A DNA stretch of 64,000 nucleotides from Octopus sinensis (Eukaryota): positions 184,698,001-184,762,000 of the forward strand of contig NC_042998.1 of assembly GCF_006345805.1 (NCBI RefSeq), in the 5' to 3' direction. Positions 49,887 through 63,229 of the stretch are shown here, one piece after another (the first letter of the stretch is position 1; each line of letters begins with the position of its first letter). A program made the translations under genes and the position numbers. Under the pieces are notes generated by a model, which did not search any database, was not told the DNA's origin, and saw only the letters and a list, made by a program, of their open reading frames with translations.

Positions 49887-51140
49887 CACGGTTGGACAGG
49901 AAACACCTTAAAATTTCAAACAAATTTATTTCAATATGGGGTTAGATCACCTTTGCCAGTAAGTTACACCTTGAATTCTATGAGGTACGAACTCGTACAA
50001 AGTTTGAATTGTTTCCAAAGGAATTTCTGTCCATTCTTCAGCTAAAACAAGCTCCAGTTTTTTGTAGTGATGATGGTGGTGGATATCGACTCCTTACTTG
50101 TTTTTCTATAATGCACAATAAATGTTCAACAATATTGAGATCTGGGGACTGTTGTGGTCAGATAAGATGTTCAACTTCGCTAGAATATTCCTCGTGCCAT
50201 TCAGTAACAACTGTAGATATGTGAATTGGTGCATTACCATCATGAAAGATTGCGTTTCCCTCTGGAAACAGTTCCCCAACCATAGGATGAATTTGATCAA
50301 AGAAAATACTTAAATAGTCTTGACTATTAATTCTGCCATGAAAGGTAAGCATTGGACCGGCGGATTTCCAAGATATATCCTCTCCCCCAGATCATCACAT
50401 ATCCTCCTCCATGTTTAACAGTTGGAAGAAGGCAGTCTGGTTCAAATGCTTCTTTTGGCTGCCTCCACGCGTATATTCGGCCGGTGGTCGGAAATATTGT
50501 AAAGAATGACTCGTCTGAGAAAATATTTTTTCATTGCTCTAGGGACCAATTCTGTAGGTTTTACTCCACTCTAAACGCTTTGCAACGTTTGTTTTTGAAA
50601 GTAGTAGTAGTTTTCTGATTGCAGCCCTCCCCTTGAAATTCGGCTTTGTGCAGCTCTCAGCGAACATTTTTTGTGGAAACTGGGTTCTCGACGTGGTCAT
50701 TAAGCTCTGCAGTAATTTTGGGATCCTTTCTAACAATTCGCGTAAGAGTCTATCTGAAAGTTTTGGTTTTCTTCTGGAGTTTTGTTTCGACGAGGAGGTT
50801 TTTCCCTCTTTCTCGAAGGCTGTCATTACCTTCGAGACAATACTTCTTGATACACCAAACACTTCGGCTGTTTTTCTTATACTAACGCCTACCATACTAG
50901 CACCAACAATTTGACCTCTTTGAAAGTCCGATTGATCTGTCATTTTAATGAATTTTAATTAACTTATTCTGATGATATCTGAAAAGAAACAGCAATTTAA
51001 GCAAATCATATTAAGCAACACTAATAATAAATCAAAAAGCAAAAGTATACAAGCTTTTTATGGTTTTATAGATATTTCAAAACTATGATGCTATGATGCT
51101 ATGATGCTAGTTGTTTCCACTACATTGTCCAACCCCTGTG
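49887..51140 (-). mobile_element. Tc1-superfamily DNA transposon, ~1.25 kb, degenerate TIRs
   Basis: Left CACGGTTGGACAGGAAACACC; the right end reads CACAGGGGTTGGACAATGTAGTGGAAACAAC on the minus strand. Confidence 0.9.
49931..50943 (-). pseudogene. Tc1-like transposase, DD36E spacing, disrupted
   Basis: MTDQSDFQRGQIVGA (HTH), FSDESFF, VKHGGG, FHDGNAPIH...*PQQSPDLNIVE, EEW..IP. Frameshifts and a W-to-stop change. Confidence 0.9.
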
Positions 51141-51145
51141 TCTGT

Positions 51146-51209
<64 letters not shown>

Positions 51210-51403
51210 TGAGAGAGAGAGAAGTGCTCTCAAGGCCACTCACCTGATGACGTGCAGGTACACAGCTATTGATGGATTATATTTATATAATAATATGCGT
51301 AATAAATGAAACACTCCGCAATTAACAGCTGGCGCAATGCACAGAATGAATTGTAGTGATTTGGACTAAAGCCTGGTCATTCTATCGTTTTGTATTATAA
51401 ATT

Positions 51404-51467
<64 letters not shown>

Positions 51468-51524
51468 AGACACACATACACACACACATGCTACCTTTCT
51501 TTCCTCCTATGTTTAGTGACTTGC

Positions 51525-52110
51525 TGTATCCCATCTATCATTCCTTTTCGCCCATAACCACACTGAGCTTTTTTCAGTTGTCTTTGACAGTTTCATTGTC
51601 ACTATTCTTTTGCGACCCTTGATTCCGAGCTAACCTAGTGCTTAGCTCATGGATGCTGCGAAAAATCCCTGTACGCCATCTTCCACAGCATTTACTGTTC
51701 AACATTACCTCCCGTTTGTTAGCCCTTTCACCAGGTCATCATACTTTCTCGTCTTGAAGTACTGTTGTTCCTCTATTCGGCTGTCAAATCAACCAAGATG
51801 ATTCTGGCACCTGATTCCACCTTAGGACAATATCTGGACTGATAACCTTTTGGATATGTCTTCACCAGTCTGGGAGGTCTCCGTATACTTCCCATTCTCA
51901 TTTAAGTTCAAGTAGGTGTTGTCTGAGAACTATTTTAACACTGAGATTCTTTTTTGACCCAAACCGCTTCTCCTCTTCTGTTTACAAGCATCAAGGCCGA
52001 TTTCATAGTTTCAGATTGCCTCTAGTCTTCAGACTTAACTTTTCCAGCACTCTGTTATATCTCCATGTATATCTGTATATAGAAGTGTTTGAATTTGATG
52101 ACTATATCTG
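51525..52110 (-). mobile_element. 3' fragment of an RLE-type non-LTR retrotransposon (HERO-like)
   Basis: Manual translation: RYTWRYNRVL, EWEVYGDL, SPDIVL, IILVDLT, KYDDLV, AVEDGVQGF, LGIKGR, TEKA, WLWAKRNDRW. Confidence 0.8.
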
Positions 52111-52134
52111 GCGGCGAGGCACGTGGAGTAGGGA

Positions 52135-52213
52135 AAGATAGACAGATAGATAGAGAGATGGAGAGTGAGGGAGGGAAAAAAGTAGAAAGATAGATAGATA
52201 GGTAGCTAGATAG

Positions 52214-52244
<31 letters not shown>

Positions 52245-52291
52245 GATAAATAGATAGATAGATAAATAGATAGATAGATAGATATGTAGAT

Positions 52292-52361
<70 letters not shown>

Positions 52362-52410
52362 GTAGATATGTAGATAGATAGGTAGATATGTAGATAGATA
52401 GATAGATATG

Positions 52411-52491
<81 letters not shown>

Positions 52492-52492
52492 A
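52135..52492 (+). repeat. (GATA)n microsatellite
   Basis: Read directly from the sequence. Confidence 0.95.
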
Positions 52493-52582
52493 TAGGGGAG
52501 GCAAAGAGAAAAAGGGTGGATGAGCTTGTGAAGAGTCTTGTCTTGTGGATATGAAGCCGAAGGGACATTCAGCGTAGATCTG

Positions 52583-52630
52583 ACTCTCTGTCACTTTCAG
52601 CCAATTAGGTGGCTTGAAGTGACAGAGAGT
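52583..52630. other. 21-bp stem hairpin, pre-miRNA-like
   Basis: ACTCTCTGTCACTTTCAGCCA-ATTAGG-TGGCTTGAAGTGACAGAGAGT, with one G-U pair and one mismatch. Confidence 0.6.
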
Positions 52631-53024
52631 TTGAAGGTCAAAGATTGTTATGTAGTAGATATTGATGAAGCAGAGATCAAACGATCTGATAGGAAAAGAG
52701 ACGTATAAAATTGGTCGTGTAAAATTGAATTTGAAGGCGAGAAAGAGGTGAATATTACTTGGAATGTGTGTATGAGTATGTGTCTGTATGTGTGTGTGTG
52801 TGTGTGTGTGGTGTTAGTCAATAATACGAGTAGGTGAGTTCATCAAAGCAAACGAATCAGCATCTACTTTGTTACTGGGAGGAAGCTTTGCATTGAGGAG
52901 ACCAAGAATAATAACTTCAGAAAGCTGTGAGATGTGTGAGTTGTTGGCTGGGAGAACTGGGCATAGGGATCAATGCGGTGTCTAGGATGAAACTGAGTTA
53001 AAAGTAAAGGAGGAAGGACTAGAA

Positions 53025-53220
53025 CAGGGGTCGGCAAACCAGGGTAAATTACCCCAAGTAGGGTAAAAATAAAATTCTTGGAGGTAATAAGGACTCACTA
53101 TACAGAAGTAAAATTATATAAAAAACGTTTTCCTTGTTACGACAGAAATTTTTCTTCTGGTATGAGGAGGCAGTCAAAAAGTTGCTGTCTTTTTGCAACA
53201 ACTTACCTTTGCAAAACAAA
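53025..53220 (+). mobile_element. hAT (Charlie-type) element left end, cut by the gap
   Basis: CAGGGGTCGGCAAACC TIR-like motif preceded by GACTAGAA, close to the NTCTAGAN target preference. The other end is not seen. Confidence 0.5.
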
Positions 53221-53320
53221 NNNNNNNNNNNNNNNNNNNNNNNNNNNNNNNNNNNNNNNNNNNNNNNNNNNNNNNNNNNNNNNNNNNNNNNNNNNNNNNN
53301 NNNNNNNNNNNNNNNNNNNN
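53221..53320. other. assembly gap (100 N)
   Basis: Run of N. Confidence 1.
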
Positions 53321-53520
53321 CACACACGTATATATATATATACATATACATATATACGACGGGATTCTTTTCAGTTTCCGTCTACCAAATTCACTTACAA
53401 AGCTTTGGTCGACCCGAGGCTATAGTAGAAGACACTTGCCCAAGGTGCCACGCAGTGGGACTGAAAACGGAACCATGTGTTTGGTAAGCAAGCTAGTTAC
53501 CATACAGCCACTCCTGCCGC
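53321..53520 (-). mobile_element. SINE family A 5' half, cut by the gap
   Basis: Matches the other family A copies. Confidence 0.85.
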
Positions 53521-53943
53521 TGCATATTTTTAAAATTATTTTTATAATATGTATATATTTATCTTATAATGGTTGGCATCCTTTTTGTCTCGGGAGACAA
53601 TGGAGTTGCGCATAAAGTAGTCTAATCCGGCTTTTACATTTCATGTTCTGATACATTTCCTGCTGTGGCTGTTGCACCAGGCAAACAACTAAAAGTCAAG
53701 AAAACACCAGTCCCGCGGTTGGCAAGCTGGAATGTCAGAATAATAATTTAACATCTATCTTATAATAAATGCAAAACAACATCACGCAGGAATCGACCTA
53801 AGCGTAAATAATAAACTGTGTTAGGTGAACCGTGATATGACGAGGTATTGCTGTACTCACCACTCCGTATGTCTGTATACTATGTAAGGGAAGTTTCTTT
53901 GAGATTAGTTCATAACATATGTGTGCGTGTGTGTTGCGTGTAT

Positions 53944-54096
53944 GTGTAACCACAGTTTTTGTGACGTTCTATGATGAACGAATGCGGTTAAGAATATAGC
54001 AAATAATGAATAGAGCTTGACCAACTTTTATTTTTTTTTATTTATTTTTGCATTTAAATATGTAATCTGTACATCACTCTGAGACTACATATGTAT

Positions 54097-54164
<68 letters not shown>

Positions 54165-54166
54165 TG

Positions 54167-54201
<35 letters not shown>

Positions 54202-54344
54202 TGTTCATAGTGGTGTACAGAAACATACTTAAATGTAAAAATACGACAAGAAATTGCCAGAAATTGGTCAAGCTCTATTCATTATTTGCTATAATTTTAA
54301 CCGCATTCGTTCTTCATAGAACGTCACAAAAATTTTGGTTACAC
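53944..54344. repeat. fold-back with ~80-bp arms around a TA/GT microsatellite spacer
   Basis: GTGACGTTCTATGATGAACGAATGCGGTTAA..ATAGCAAATAATGAATAGAGCTTGACCAA is mirrored at 54264-54344. Confidence 0.9.
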
Positions 54345-54393
<49 letters not shown>

Positions 54394-55306
54394 GTATATA
54401 TATATATACACATACGTATACATATACCTTTTCTCTCTCTCTCTCTCTCTGTATATATATATATATACATAGAGAGAGAGAGAGAGTGAAAGAAACAGAG
54501 AGACAGAGAGAGAAAGAGAGCGACAAACAGAGAGACAGAGAACTAGTCACAAAGACGTCCTTTTTATTCCTGTTACTTTGGCTTTGCAAGTCTGCATCGC
54601 AAACCACAGGAATTCAATAAAATTTTGAATACTTTTCAAGTATATCCTGTTTTTGAAACTCTGGAAATCTAGAATTATCTGTAAGTACAAAGTAACTCAA
54701 CAACAATTTTTTTTCTTATATTGAATCGCAAACAAATGCTGTTGTTTATATATAACCACACACAAACACATACACACACAAAGACACGCACAAAGAAAAT
54801 GTACTTAAATCAATTTTCAAAAACAATTTAACTGCAAACAAATGTTCTTGTTTATATTTTTACACAAACAAGAAATCAAACCAAACATTGACTACAACAT
54901 ACTTGATACAGAACCACAAAGAAATGCTCTTCTATTATGTTTAATGCACAAAGAACTTAAACAAATCAACTTTCAAAAGAGTTACTCCCGTCTACCTTAA
55001 AACAAAGGAACCTAAACATCTTGCAATAAAATATAAAAGAAGTAACAAATATACAGAATGAAGTCTCTTCAAAAATATCCCTTCAAGATCCCCTCATCAT
55101 GACGCACAAATTCCATCTCTATGATAAATAGGACTAGGCAGGAAATAAATTCGTGGTGTTCTCCTAAGTGGGGTACACACGCGCTATGTTTTAGTAGCAG
55201 AGCTTCTAAAGCTGTTTCCTTGTTCAATTGTCGATCAGCGAGAGAAATTGAAAATTCACCGAATTTTATAATTGATAAACATATATGCATACATTCATAT
55301 GGTGAA

Positions 55307-55630
55307 GGCGCGTGGTTTAGTGGTCAGGGTAGTGGATTCACAATCGTAAGGTCATGAGTTCAATCCCCAGCGACGCGTGTGTCCTTGAACAAGACACTTT
55401 ATTGCATGTTGCTTCAGTCTACTTAGCTGGCTAAAATGAGTAGTACCTGTATTACAAAGGGTCAAGGGGCCAGCTTTGTCACACTCTGCGTCAGGCTAGA
55501 TCTCCTTGAGAACTACTTTAAGGGTACATGTGCCTGTGGAGTGCTCAGCCACTTGCACGTTAGTTTCACGAGCAAGCAGTTCCGTTGAGCGTATCAGCTG
55601 GGACCCTCGTCGTCGTAACCGACGGTATGC
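55307..55630 (+). mobile_element. SINE family E variant
   Basis: Tail GGAGTGCTCAGCCACTT..CCCTCGTCGTCGTAACCGACGG matches 44135-44260. Confidence 0.8.
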
Positions 55631-55653
55631 TTGGCGGGGTGGGGTGGGGGGAC

Positions 55654-55692
<39 letters not shown>

Positions 55693-56292
55693 GGGGGACA
55701 GCCCAGTTTCCGATCTGAAATTAAATAGTATGGTGTAATTTTTAAATTTAAAACAATGTGTGACAGCTACTTAATTCCAGATTCAGAATTTTCACCAAAT
55801 GGATAAATTTCTTTTGGTGAACTGGAATACGCTGCCCTCTCTGGACTGAGTAGCTGTATCGCAGTCTTTGAACCCGTCTCCGTTGAATTATTCTGCAATT
55901 AGTTTAACTATGGCTTCTACGATAATTTTTAATTCTTTTCTTTTTCCGTTTTTATTCACCCTTCTACATTGTGTATCAACCTTCTCAATTTTTCTCGTTT
56001 TTTTTTTCTCGTGATTTCTCATGTATCAGCGTCCTGATTTTCAAATAGAAAAAACCATGTGCTCAGAGCCAGAAGATTGTTTGGAGACACAAAGTACGTT
56101 ATAAAAACCTGCCTAACCATGTGTCTTAATGGGAAAAGCCTAGCACTAGGTCTTATTTTAATACAGTGTACTTTAAATGATATTTTCACAGGATAGAGTA
56201 TTTTTTCTGTTGATAGTACACTTATACATAAATATAGATGTGTGTGGGTGTGTGTGTATGTTTATCTCTATATGTTTGTTTATATAGGTTTT

Positions 56293-56712
56293 GGAGTGAC
56301 TGTGTGGTAAGTAGCTTCCTTACGAACCACATGGTTCTAGGTTCAGTTCCACTGCGTGGTACCTTGGGCAAGTGTCTTTCCTATAGCCTCGGGCCGACCA
56401 AAGCCTTGTGAGTGGATATGGTACACGGAAACTGAAAGAAGCCCGTCGTATATATGTATGCATGCACATATATATACATATGTGTGTGTGTGTGTGTGCG
56501 TGTGCATGTGTGTGTTTGTGTGTCTATGTTTGTCCCCCCAACTACGCTTGACAACCGATGCGGGTGTGTTTACGTTCCCGTAATTTAGCGGTTCGGCATA
56601 AGAGACCGATAGAATAAGTACTCGGCTTACAAACAATAAGTCCTGGGGTCGATTTGCTAAAGGCGTTGCTCCAGCATGCCACAGTCAAATGACTGAAACA
56701 AGTAAAAGAGTA
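56293..56712 (+). mobile_element. SINE family A, full length
   Basis: Matches the other family A copies. Confidence 0.9.
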
Positions 56713-58846
56713 AATGCATATATATGTATATTTAATATATATATATATATTATATATATATATATATCTATATATATATATATATATATATACTATATAT
56801 ATATATATACATATACAAACACATAGATATACATATACATACATATTTATATATACAACACGCACACACACCACACACACAGTATTCAATTCAGTAGTTG
56901 TGCGTAAATAAGAGCGATCGCGCCGTGCTGTTTTGTTAATCATTTTGCAATGAAAACAAATAAAAAGAACATAAATACAAAAAATGTTGTATGGCGAAAT
57001 GAAACAGGTGTTAAAACGTATGTGGAAACATCTTGTTGCAATCAGATTGGTTTCAGCCCGCCGAATTAAATTTCATGACCCCTCTTTCTGTAACGATTAC
57101 TTTTTTTTCTTCCATTCGTTAAGAATAGCGTAAACACGCACACACATGCATACACACGCTCAATGACACACACACACAAACGCACACATACACGCATTAC
57201 ATACATACATATGTGTCTATATATATATAGATAGATACATACATACGTGCGAACATATATACATACAAACCTATATATATATATATATGTATGTATATGT
57301 ATATATGTATATATATATGTGTATATATATATAATGTATATATATATGTAATACTAAGCAATAAGGGTTTAGTAGTATTACTTAAATTTTCCTCGAATGA
57401 GGCTTTTACATGCCGAAAACTACTTGGTGTAATTGATAATTTTTCCAAATTAATTAATTTCACCTTCATTATTATGTATATATATATGTATATATATTGT
57501 GTATATATATATATGTATAATATATATGTCTATATCTATGTGTATATATATATATGTATATATATATGTATATATATATATTATTATATATATATGTATA
57601 TTTAATATATGTATATATATATGTATATATTTTATATGTATATATATATGTGGTATATATTATATATGTATTATATATGTATATATATATATATATGTAT
57701 ATATATCTATGTATAATATATATATGTATATATATTATGTATATATATATATATATGTATATGTATATATATATACTATGTATATATGTATATTTGTATG
57801 TCTAAACTATAATAAATAGGAATAAATTACAACTACGAAAGCATGTAGACATGCTTGAAAACGATTAGATATTTTCTTTTTATACAGCCAAGAAATAACG
57901 TGTGCGCGCGAGCGTGCAAACGTAATGTCCTAATGTAATCATTTAAATTTTTTTGTTCGTATTTTTGTAAAAGAGCTTTGGAACAATACAGTTTTCAAAT
58001 TTATTTGTAAGTAATTTCAGAGGTTATTTCAACCTTATCTTCCTGATGTAGGGTAGTTTTTCCTTATGCACTGCGTTTTTTTTTTTAGTGGATGGCTTAT
58101 ATTCATACAAATTTTACCACCAAAATTTGACCGTTAGAGGATTGTAGGTCTCCGTCATTGTATTTGTATTTGTGATGTGTGCATTGTATGTTAATTGTGG
58201 ACTTCTACTGCTGAATTAGTATTGCTTCCATAATCAATTCCAAATGTTACTTAGACCTGACGAGTGCAACATTCAGTTGTAGGCTCACCGGTATTTTAAA
58301 CAGAGAGAAACTGCAATATACTACACCTCATACATTAGAATAAAGCTAAGAAGGAAAATATTAACAGAAAATACGGCCACGGTTTATAGAATTCCACACA
58401 GAAATATACGTTTGAATAGGGAAGCAATACTGATATCGCAATACAAGGCTACAATTAGCACACAATATACATACATCAGAAACGCATGTCCAATGACATG
58501 TAATTCTAATACTCTAACAGTAAATATCTGGTGGAAAACTCTGCATAAATATAAACCACCATTATAAAAAGGGAAGTGGTAGAAACCAGAAACACCCTAA
58601 ATGAAAAAAAAAAAAAAAAGCCTGTAAACGTTGATAAAAACGCATTGGAGGAATTTAGTGTTCCGAACGACCTATAAGAGCTTGATACGCAGATTTTGAT
58701 ACACCGAATGGTGCTACAATTTGCAATAATGATTGCAGGAACCAGATATCTGCTGCTTGAAAAAGAAAGATTAAAGTAGATATTAGATAGTAGTTTGTTT
58801 GCTGCCTTGAGATTATGTTTTTCAGCGCGTAGCCGACGTTAAGTAG

Positions 58847-58916
<70 letters not shown>

Positions 58917-60554
58917 ATATTATATATTATATATATAAACTTACTTGGAGAAGAGAAACGACGCGTGCGTTCGGTCATATAATAACAATATAATAAATAA
59001 ATAAAACAATATATATATATATTCCTCAATCAGTGAAATGCAAATAAGTTAAGCTTAACGTTAACGTAAATCAGTTAATTTGTCAAACGTTCCACTGGCA
59101 CACTGTAGGGTGGTAGTAGTTTACAGAGGCATGTATGATTGTAGTAACTAGTAATTGCAGATTCTCGTGAATATTCAATAATATATGTCAAGTGTGAATG
59201 ATCCAAGAATACGAATCAGTTTTAGTTAACCAGACTATAATTTACAAAATGTTCCACTTACATCCACTGCCAAACTGTAGATATAGCAGCTTACAAAGGT
59301 ATTTCAAGTAGCTGTAGCTGTTAGTAATTGCAGCATCCCGTGAGGATTCGGCAATTTTGATTGCTATTATAACACAGGATTAAAGGTGACGCGGTGGCAG
59401 AATCGTGAGAGCGTCGGACAAAATGCATTTCTTCCCGCTTTTTGCATTCAAATACTGCGGAGATCAACTGTGCCTTTTATCCTTTCAAGGTTAATAAAAT
59501 AAAGTACCAGTCAAGTATTCAAATCGAAGTAATCGATTAAACCCCTCACCTCAGAATGCTGGATTTATACGAAAATTTACGCGAAAAGATATAATGCAGC
59601 AATTCTTGACGCAAAATTATCACACTTTTTCCATACTTGCCCAAAGAAGACAAAAAGAAATTCTGCAAAGAATTTTCATGTAGCTTTTTACTATCTTAGT
59701 CATCTTCGCTATCCTAAATTAAGGATGGCATTAATCGTAAAGATTTTTGACACAGGTAACAAAACCATAGATTTTGTGGGGTGAAAAATTTGATTAAACA
59801 AACTTTAGCACTTTATTTTCCAACTATGGAATGTTATAAAGTTGACAATAGTAGAGACTGAACTTATAACGTCATTTCAAATATAATTACGAGCTTAAAT
59901 ATGACAAAGTCCTCTGTCCAGGGCATGAGACGTTATGACACAGCTTTTTTGGCGCCGTCTATTCAGCGTTGCCTATTTAGTATCGTAGATTCGACACTGT
60001 ATCATGTGTGACATGCTGGGTTATTCACACGTTGGCTCTTTTTTTTTATTTTTGGGTTATTCACACTTGACATATAATTTGATTAAACATTAAAATGTCT
60101 CAAATAAGACTTTTATTATTTCTCTCATTTTCTCTTCTCTCTGTCTATGTGTGACCATCTAGTTATATTTTCATGTATATATAATGACTCTCTCTCTCTT
60201 TCCCCCATCTCTCTCGCTCTCTCTCTCTATCAGTATGTGTATACTTCTGCAGCGTGCATGTGTACGTTTGTGTGTGGGTGTGCGTGTGTGTGTGTGGGGG
60301 GGGGGGCAGTTTCAAAACGTTTTGCCGCAAAAACATATTCATGTACAGTCAGCTGTGCCAAATCGTCAACACCCTAACAGCCGCGCCAAATCTTATCGTT
60401 CTGTTCTGTTCAGCACTGTATCGATTCTGTTATCCACTGATCTCAACTAGACAAAAAAAAAAAAAAAAAATTAATAACTTAACTTGAACGCACATGCTAT
60501 TTCGCTATGCAACCATAATATGCTACAAAATATATTAAACGTTTTTATAAGTCA

Positions 60555-60955
60555 ACTAGCAGTATCGCCCGGCGTTGCTCGGGTTTGTAAGGGAAATAAC
60601 TATATATGCATTTTTAGAGAGTTATAACCAAAAAATAGCAAAAAATGCATTAAAAATGGAAAAAAATGATGGTAAATTTTTTTTTAAATTGTTGACTCAT
60701 CGTAGACATTTTTAGAGAGTTACTTCCCTTATATAATAGCGAAAAAATATGCATTAAAATGGAAAAAAAATGATGGTAAATTTTTTTAAAAATCGTAGCC
60801 TCATCGTAGACGCGCGCTAATACCCAGAAGGGCTCGATATGAATCACGACTATAAAATACCCGGTTTTGGTTAAACTGCACCGCAAAATGTGGAAGTAGT
60901 TAGGAATCTAAATCGTAGGAGACAGACACACAATTTGACTTTTATATATAAAGAT
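60555..60955 (+). mobile_element. non-autonomous Helitron-like (Lep1/DINE-type) element with an internal ~100-bp tandem duplication
   Basis: 5' ACTAGCAG..CCCGGCGTTGCTCGGG hairpin, 3' GACAGAC..CTTTTATATATAAAGAT; duplicated ATGCATTAAAAATGGAAAAAAATGATGGTAAATTTTT block. Confidence 0.6.
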
Positions 60956-61214
60956 AACGTGTACTTCTGTGTTAGCAGTGCACTTAAACCACGTGTTAAG
61001 GTTACCCGCACAGATTTCTTGCAGAAATTATATCCAGCTGGCTATAATTTCTATAGAAAATCTGTAGCGATGACCTTAACACGAAGAAAAATTTGATTTA
61101 ATAGCTTAAGCACAATTCCACATCGCATGTCATTATAATAAATAAAGGATGAAAGTGGAGGATAACTTACGAATGATTTGAACTTTGACCGTAGAGGTGT
61201 CTTTCGTTATAATA

Positions 61215-61510
61215 ACAATTATGATGATGATGGTGATGATGATAATAATAATAATTATTATTATTTCAAATCTTTGCCACAAGGGCGCGCTAACTTTTCT
61301 GCCAGCTCACCCGCCTTAATAATAATAATAATAATAATATGATAATAATAATAATAATAATAATAATAATATAATAATAATAATAATAATAATATAATAA
61401 TAGTAATAATAATAATAATAATGATAATAATAATAATAATAACAATAATAACAATAATAATAATAATAATAATGATAATAATAATAACAATAATAATAAT
61501 AATAATAATG

Positions 61511-61546
<36 letters not shown>

Positions 61547-61550
61547 GCAA
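61215..61550 (+). repeat. (AAT)n microsatellite with an embedded SINE head fragment (61265-61317, minus strand)
   Basis: Read directly from the sequence. Confidence 0.9.
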
Positions 61551-62080
61551 TCACGACTTATTCGAATCGAATAAGAAACAGTATGATGAATAACATAAGT
61601 ACAAAAAAAACAAACATTTACACATAAATATATAGAAATATAGCTGATCTTGAATAGAATTTTTTGTTTAAATATATAATAAATAAAAAAGAAAGTAAGA
61701 AAGAAACAAAGCGAAATGCAACGGAGGGAATCAGTAGGAAATGAAAGTGTCATTCTAAAGTTGTTGAACAAAATTCTAACAATCTTGGGACAGTTCCTTT
61801 CCTCGATTTCTTTAAGGGTCGACGCATTTCAACGAAAGTTCTTGTCTGGCACCATTGTGAATTGTGAGCTATATCAAATCGAGGCTTTCGAAGCCAAAAC
61901 CAGAATTGTCTTCAATCACTAAGCTGAATATTGTTTTCAGCTTGTCTCTGTCGAGAGACATCGAAACGTTTCCTCAAGTCTCCAATTTGTTACCATTGTT
62001 CGAACGAGAAATGAGCTCGGAGATAAACAGTGTATTTATATTCGTTATTAAGCAGACTATGGGAAAGTTTTAGACACGGA

Positions 62081-62114
<34 letters not shown>

Positions 62115-62397
62115 TTGTTGATGTCACTATTGTCGTTGTTGCAATGTGTTTTCTGTTGATGATGGTTTGTATTTTATATTTCAAGTGCAAATTTGCACTT
62201 GAAAAAGTAAAGTTTTATGTCGTCTGGCGAACGAACCGTCTCTTATGTACGTACGTATGTATGTATGTATGTATGTATGTATGTATGTATGTATGTATGT
62301 ATGTATGTGTGTGTGCGTGCGTGTGTGTATGTATGTTTGTATGTATGTATGTAATGTATGTACGTGCGTATGTATACATGTATGTATCTATGTATTT

Positions 62398-62438
<41 letters not shown>

Positions 62439-62521
62439 CATATACATACATATACATATATATATGCATATACATACATATATACATACATATATACATA
62501 CATATATATATATATATATAT

Positions 62522-62564
<43 letters not shown>

Positions 62565-62674
62565 AATATACATAATATATATATATATATATATGTACTT
62601 ACTAATATCTGAAACTCTCTCTGTATATATCTACTTATACATATGTGTGTATGTGTAGTAGTAGTAGTAGAAGG

Positions 62675-62734
<60 letters not shown>

Positions 62735-62869
62735 TGTTGTTTTTCTGTGATTTACAAGTATTATTACGTATGCGGTGTGGCGGTAGCAACCAGACAGAGA
62801 CATTACAACCCCGGGAAAACGCCTTGCAGTATTTGTCCCACCATTTTACATCCTAAGTACAAATACTGT

Positions 62870-63170
62870 TGAGGTCAATTTTGCTTTCATCATTTCGAGT
62901 TGATAAAAGAAAGTACCAGTGAAATACTGCAGTCAATGATGTTGAATGACTTTTCTTCTCAAAATTGTTGGTCTTGTGCTTAAACTAGAAACCATTATTA
63001 AAGGCGACGAGCTAGCAGAATTGTTAGAGTGTCGGAAAAAATGCTTCGTGGCATTTGTCCCGGTTCTTTGCATTTCGAGTTCAAATACCGCTGAGGCTAA
63101 CTCAACATTTCATCCATTCGGGATTACAAAAATGAAGTACCAGCCAAGTACTAGGAACGATGGTTACCAA
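62870..63170 (+). mobile_element. degenerate SINE family C copies
   Basis: AAAGGCGACGAGCTAGCAGAA head and GAGTTCAAATAC B-box-like motif. Confidence 0.6.
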
Positions 63171-63229
63171 CAAACCACTTACCTTTTTTTTTTTTATCTC
63201 ATTCTGAAAAATAATTTAATATATATATA

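Noticed and set aside
57391-57432. CGAATGA-GGC..GCC-GAAA motif in a TA-bounded insert
   Set aside because: Stem II and GAAA fit, but the core and stems I/III do not; too degenerate to call on its own.
59163-59184. Partial antisense match to miR-1993 as recalled
   Set aside because: The seed region is mismatched and there is no hairpin.
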